Source of the DNA: a virus
Lineage: Duplodnaviria; Heunggongvirae; Uroviricota; Caudoviricetes
Length of the DNA: 7,751 bases
Strand: one strand, 5' to 3'
IMG/VR virus record: IMGVR_UViG_2690316343_000010
A model generated the notes under the pieces. It was not told where the DNA came from. It saw only the letters and a list, made by a program, of their open reading frames with translations, and did no database searches. Within the stretch, counting starts at the first letter, position 1. Every line of letters begins with the position of its first letter. The position numbers and the translations under genes were made by a program. This document shows, piece by piece, positions 6,379 to 7,751 of the stretch.

Positions 6379-7331
6379 TAAAACATTCCTCCACCATAAA
6401 CACGTCTGACTTTAACTTTTTCTTTCTTTGGCTCGGTGTGAGTTTTCTTTTTTGGTGTAAAAGTAAAATCATCGTCACTATCATCAAAGTCATCGAGGTC
6501 ACTAACCTTGTTCTTTAGCTTCGCATTTCTGAATCTTTCTTTAATTTCTGCTTTACGCTGTTCACGTTTCAATTCCTTTTCAGGGTCTTCTTCATCATCA
6601 AGGTCAACATCCGGTAATTCATCATCAGTGGCGGGGCACTGTGTGTTTTTATGGTCACTACTAGCAATCACATCAGAGATTTTATCTTCCTTTTTAACGA
6701 CCTCTTTAGCAGCTTCACTATCAAGGTCATCTAAGTCAGATGTTTTAACAGTCTCTTTAATAGCCTCTTCAATACCAAGAGAATCACATTCATGTGAATC
6801 ACAGAGCGAAGCTCCCTTCTTAAAATATTCTTCTTCAAAGTCATCTTCTTTATTGTTATTAATAAGTTCTTTCTTGTTATTACTGTTATTATACGTGTCA
6901 AAGATTTTGACTGACTGAGTAAAAAATTTTGACTCAGTGGGTAAAGAATTTTGACTCAGTGGGTCATCTTTCTTGACTGACTGAGTAACTTTAGACTCCA
7001 GCTTTGCCTTTCTGGCTTCCTTAGCTGTAAGCTCTGTTAAAACCTCCGGTACTTCATCAAGTGAATAAACTTTAATAACACACTGATTGCTTGCAACGTT
7101 AGTTTTCTTGATTAAACCATGTGCCTCAAGTTGTTTCATACATGCAATCACGGATGTTCTTGTGATTCCAGCATACTGACCAAGATGAGCATATGAAGGG
7201 GTATAATATTGCCCCTTATCGTGATAAAACTTTTGTTCATTCAACATGACAGTGTAAATAATACGGTCGGCAGCTTTAACGCCATTAGTCATCTGATAAA
7301 TACGGTCATCAAACATGTGGAATTTTTCCAT
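6378..7331 (-). CDS. Lambda-O-like replication initiator / replisome organiser (317 aa from ATG 7331)
   Basis: ATG 7331 has an AAAGGA RBS; the ORF-track start at 7388 is a TTG lying inside a terminator hairpin. The N-terminal 100 aa (for example AHLGQYAGITRTSVIACMKQLEAHGLIKK) resembles the winged-helix DNA-binding domain of phage O-type initiators. Four phased iterons and an AT-rich tract lie inside the gene, encoding the inter-domain linker, as in lambda ori. The C-terminal half is low-complexity and rich in Asp, Glu and Lys. Confidence 0.7.
   Translation of the reverse strand: MEKFHMFDDRIYQMTNGVKAADRIIYTVMLNEQKFYHDKGQYYTPSYAHLGQYAGITRTSVIACMKQLEAHGLIKKTNVASNQCVIKVYSLDEVPEVLTELTAKEARKAKLESKVTQSVKKDDPLSQNSLPTESKFFTQSVKIFDTYNNSNNKKELINNNKEDDFEEEYFKKGASLCDSHECDSLGIEEAIKETVKTSDLDDLDSEAAKEVVKKEDKISDVIASSDHKNTQCPATDDELPDVDLDDEEDPEKELKREQRKAEIKERFRNAKLKNKVSDLDDFDDSDDDFTFTPKKKTHTEPKKEKVKVRRVYGGGMF
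6841..6896 (-). other. AT-rich tract flanking the iterons (candidate DNA-unwinding element)
   Basis: Strongly AT-rich stretch with three copies of TGTTATT, lying directly downstream of the iterons in the direction of gene transcription. This is the same order as in lambda ori (iterons, then AT-rich region). Confidence 0.4.
6905..6988 (-). repeat. Four 18-bp iterons with 22-bp phasing (putative initiator binding sites of an intragenic replication origin)
   Basis: R1 6905-6922 ttttgactgactgagtaa, R2 6927-6944 ttttgactcagtgggtaa, R3 6949-6966 ttttgactcagtgggtca, R4 6971-6988 tcttgactgactgagtaa. Two sequence types in A-B-B-A order; the type-A core ACTGAGT is the reverse complement of the type-B core ACTCAGT. 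Confidence 0.65.
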
Positions 7332-7344
7332 TATATTTTCCTTT

Positions 7345-7391
7345 TTAAAAATAAAACAAAGAAAGGGCTGACCACGTATAGTGACCAACCC
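7345..7391 (-). terminator. Strand-specific intrinsic-terminator-like hairpin plus U-tract immediately upstream of the replication initiator RBS
   Basis: In minus-strand RNA, GGGUUGGUCAC (7391..7381) pairs with GUGGUCAGCCC (7375..7365): 8 Watson-Crick and 3 G-U pairs, 5-nt loop, followed by UUUCUUUGUUUUAUUUUU (7364..7345). On the plus strand the equivalent positions are C-A and A-C mismatches, so the structure is specific to the minus transcript. Confidence 0.35.
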
Positions 7392-7486
7392 CAGAGGGAG
7401 TGAATTAATTAGAAGATGGACTGATAAAGGAACTCAGAAGCCTGAGCGATTACGCGAGTATTAACAGCAAAAGGAAAAGCCTTGAT

Positions 7487-7514
7487 TGAATAAGAGGCCG
7501 TGAAAATCTGTCAA
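7487..7514 (-). promoter_or_regulatory. Possible sigma70-like promoter for the replication operon
   Basis: Minus strand: perfect -35 TTGACA (7514..7509), 16-nt spacer, weak -10 TATTCA (7492..7487). It lies about 160 nt upstream of the rep gene and directly abuts the assembly gap. Confidence 0.2.
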
Positions 7515-7521
7515 TACCCTG

Positions 7522-7614
7522 NNNNNNNNNNNNNNNNNNNNNNNNNNNNNNNNNNNNNNNNNNNNNNNNNNNNNNNNNNNNNNNNNNNNNNNNNNNNNNN
7601 NNNNNNNNNNNNNN
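7522..7614. other. Run of 93 N (scaffold or assembly gap)
   Basis: Literal n characters in the sequence. The ORF-track entries 7450..7659 and 7511..7702 span it and are artefacts. Confidence 0.95.
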
Positions 7615-7751
7615 CCTCCCAACGTTGTAACCTCTTAATGTTCTGAGTTCTTTTATCACCCCATATAAAAACTATAACAGATGTGATTATAAATTGCAAC
7701 AATTATTTCACAGAATAATTACTGATTGGTCATTTATTGTTCACAGGGATA

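Noticed and set aside
6508-6918. Plus-strand ORF of 136 aa, extremely Ser/Leu-rich
   Set aside because: It is the antisense reading of the acidic low-complexity region of the replication initiator (GAx and AAx codons read backwards give Ser and Leu). An artefact of composition.
7332-7388. N-terminal extension of the initiator ORF from a TTG at 7388 (ORF-track start)
   Set aside because: The extension would be translated from within the terminator-like hairpin and U-tract and has no RBS. The internal ATG at 7331 has a well-placed Shine-Dalgarno.
7209-7403. Plus-strand ORF of 64 aa
   Set aside because: Antisense to the initiator's N-terminal DNA-binding domain and its RBS and terminator region; no translation signals.
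7450-7702. Two minus-strand ORFs (69 and 63 aa) containing runs of X
   Set aside because: They exist only because the 93-nt N run contains no stop codons. Not interpretable.

Overview
Read by eye, this AT-rich window looks like a bacteriophage or prophage segment in which nearly every gene is on the minus strand, so transcription runs from high to low coordinates. Going in that direction: (1) a control region partly hidden by a 93-nt run of N (7522-7614), with a strand-specific terminator-like hairpin just upstream of the next gene; (2) a lambda-O-like replication initiator (7331..6378) that carries its own origin inside the coding sequence, as four phased 18-bp iterons next to an AT-rich tract, followed by a coupled 98-aa gene; (3) a cluster of perfect Chi octamers (GCTGGTGG) at the 3' end of that operon; (4) a divergent, overlapping promoter pair that drives a small plus-strand membrane-protein gene one way and an operon of small coupled genes the other way (a ribbon-helix-helix-like regulator, then 73-, 71-, 101- and 25-aa proteins); (5) a 350-bp structured non-coding region; (6) a 236-aa and a 68-aa gene; (7) a 726-aa tail tape measure protein; (8) a downstream gene that is split by a +1 frame change and runs off the window. 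No rRNA, tRNA, CRISPR array, integrase or transposase was seen. The best candidates for something new are the small-gene accessory island with its promoter switch, and the replication initiator with an unusually acidic C-terminal half. All protein-family calls are from memory of sequence motifs, not from database searches, and I could not assign a function to most of the small genes.
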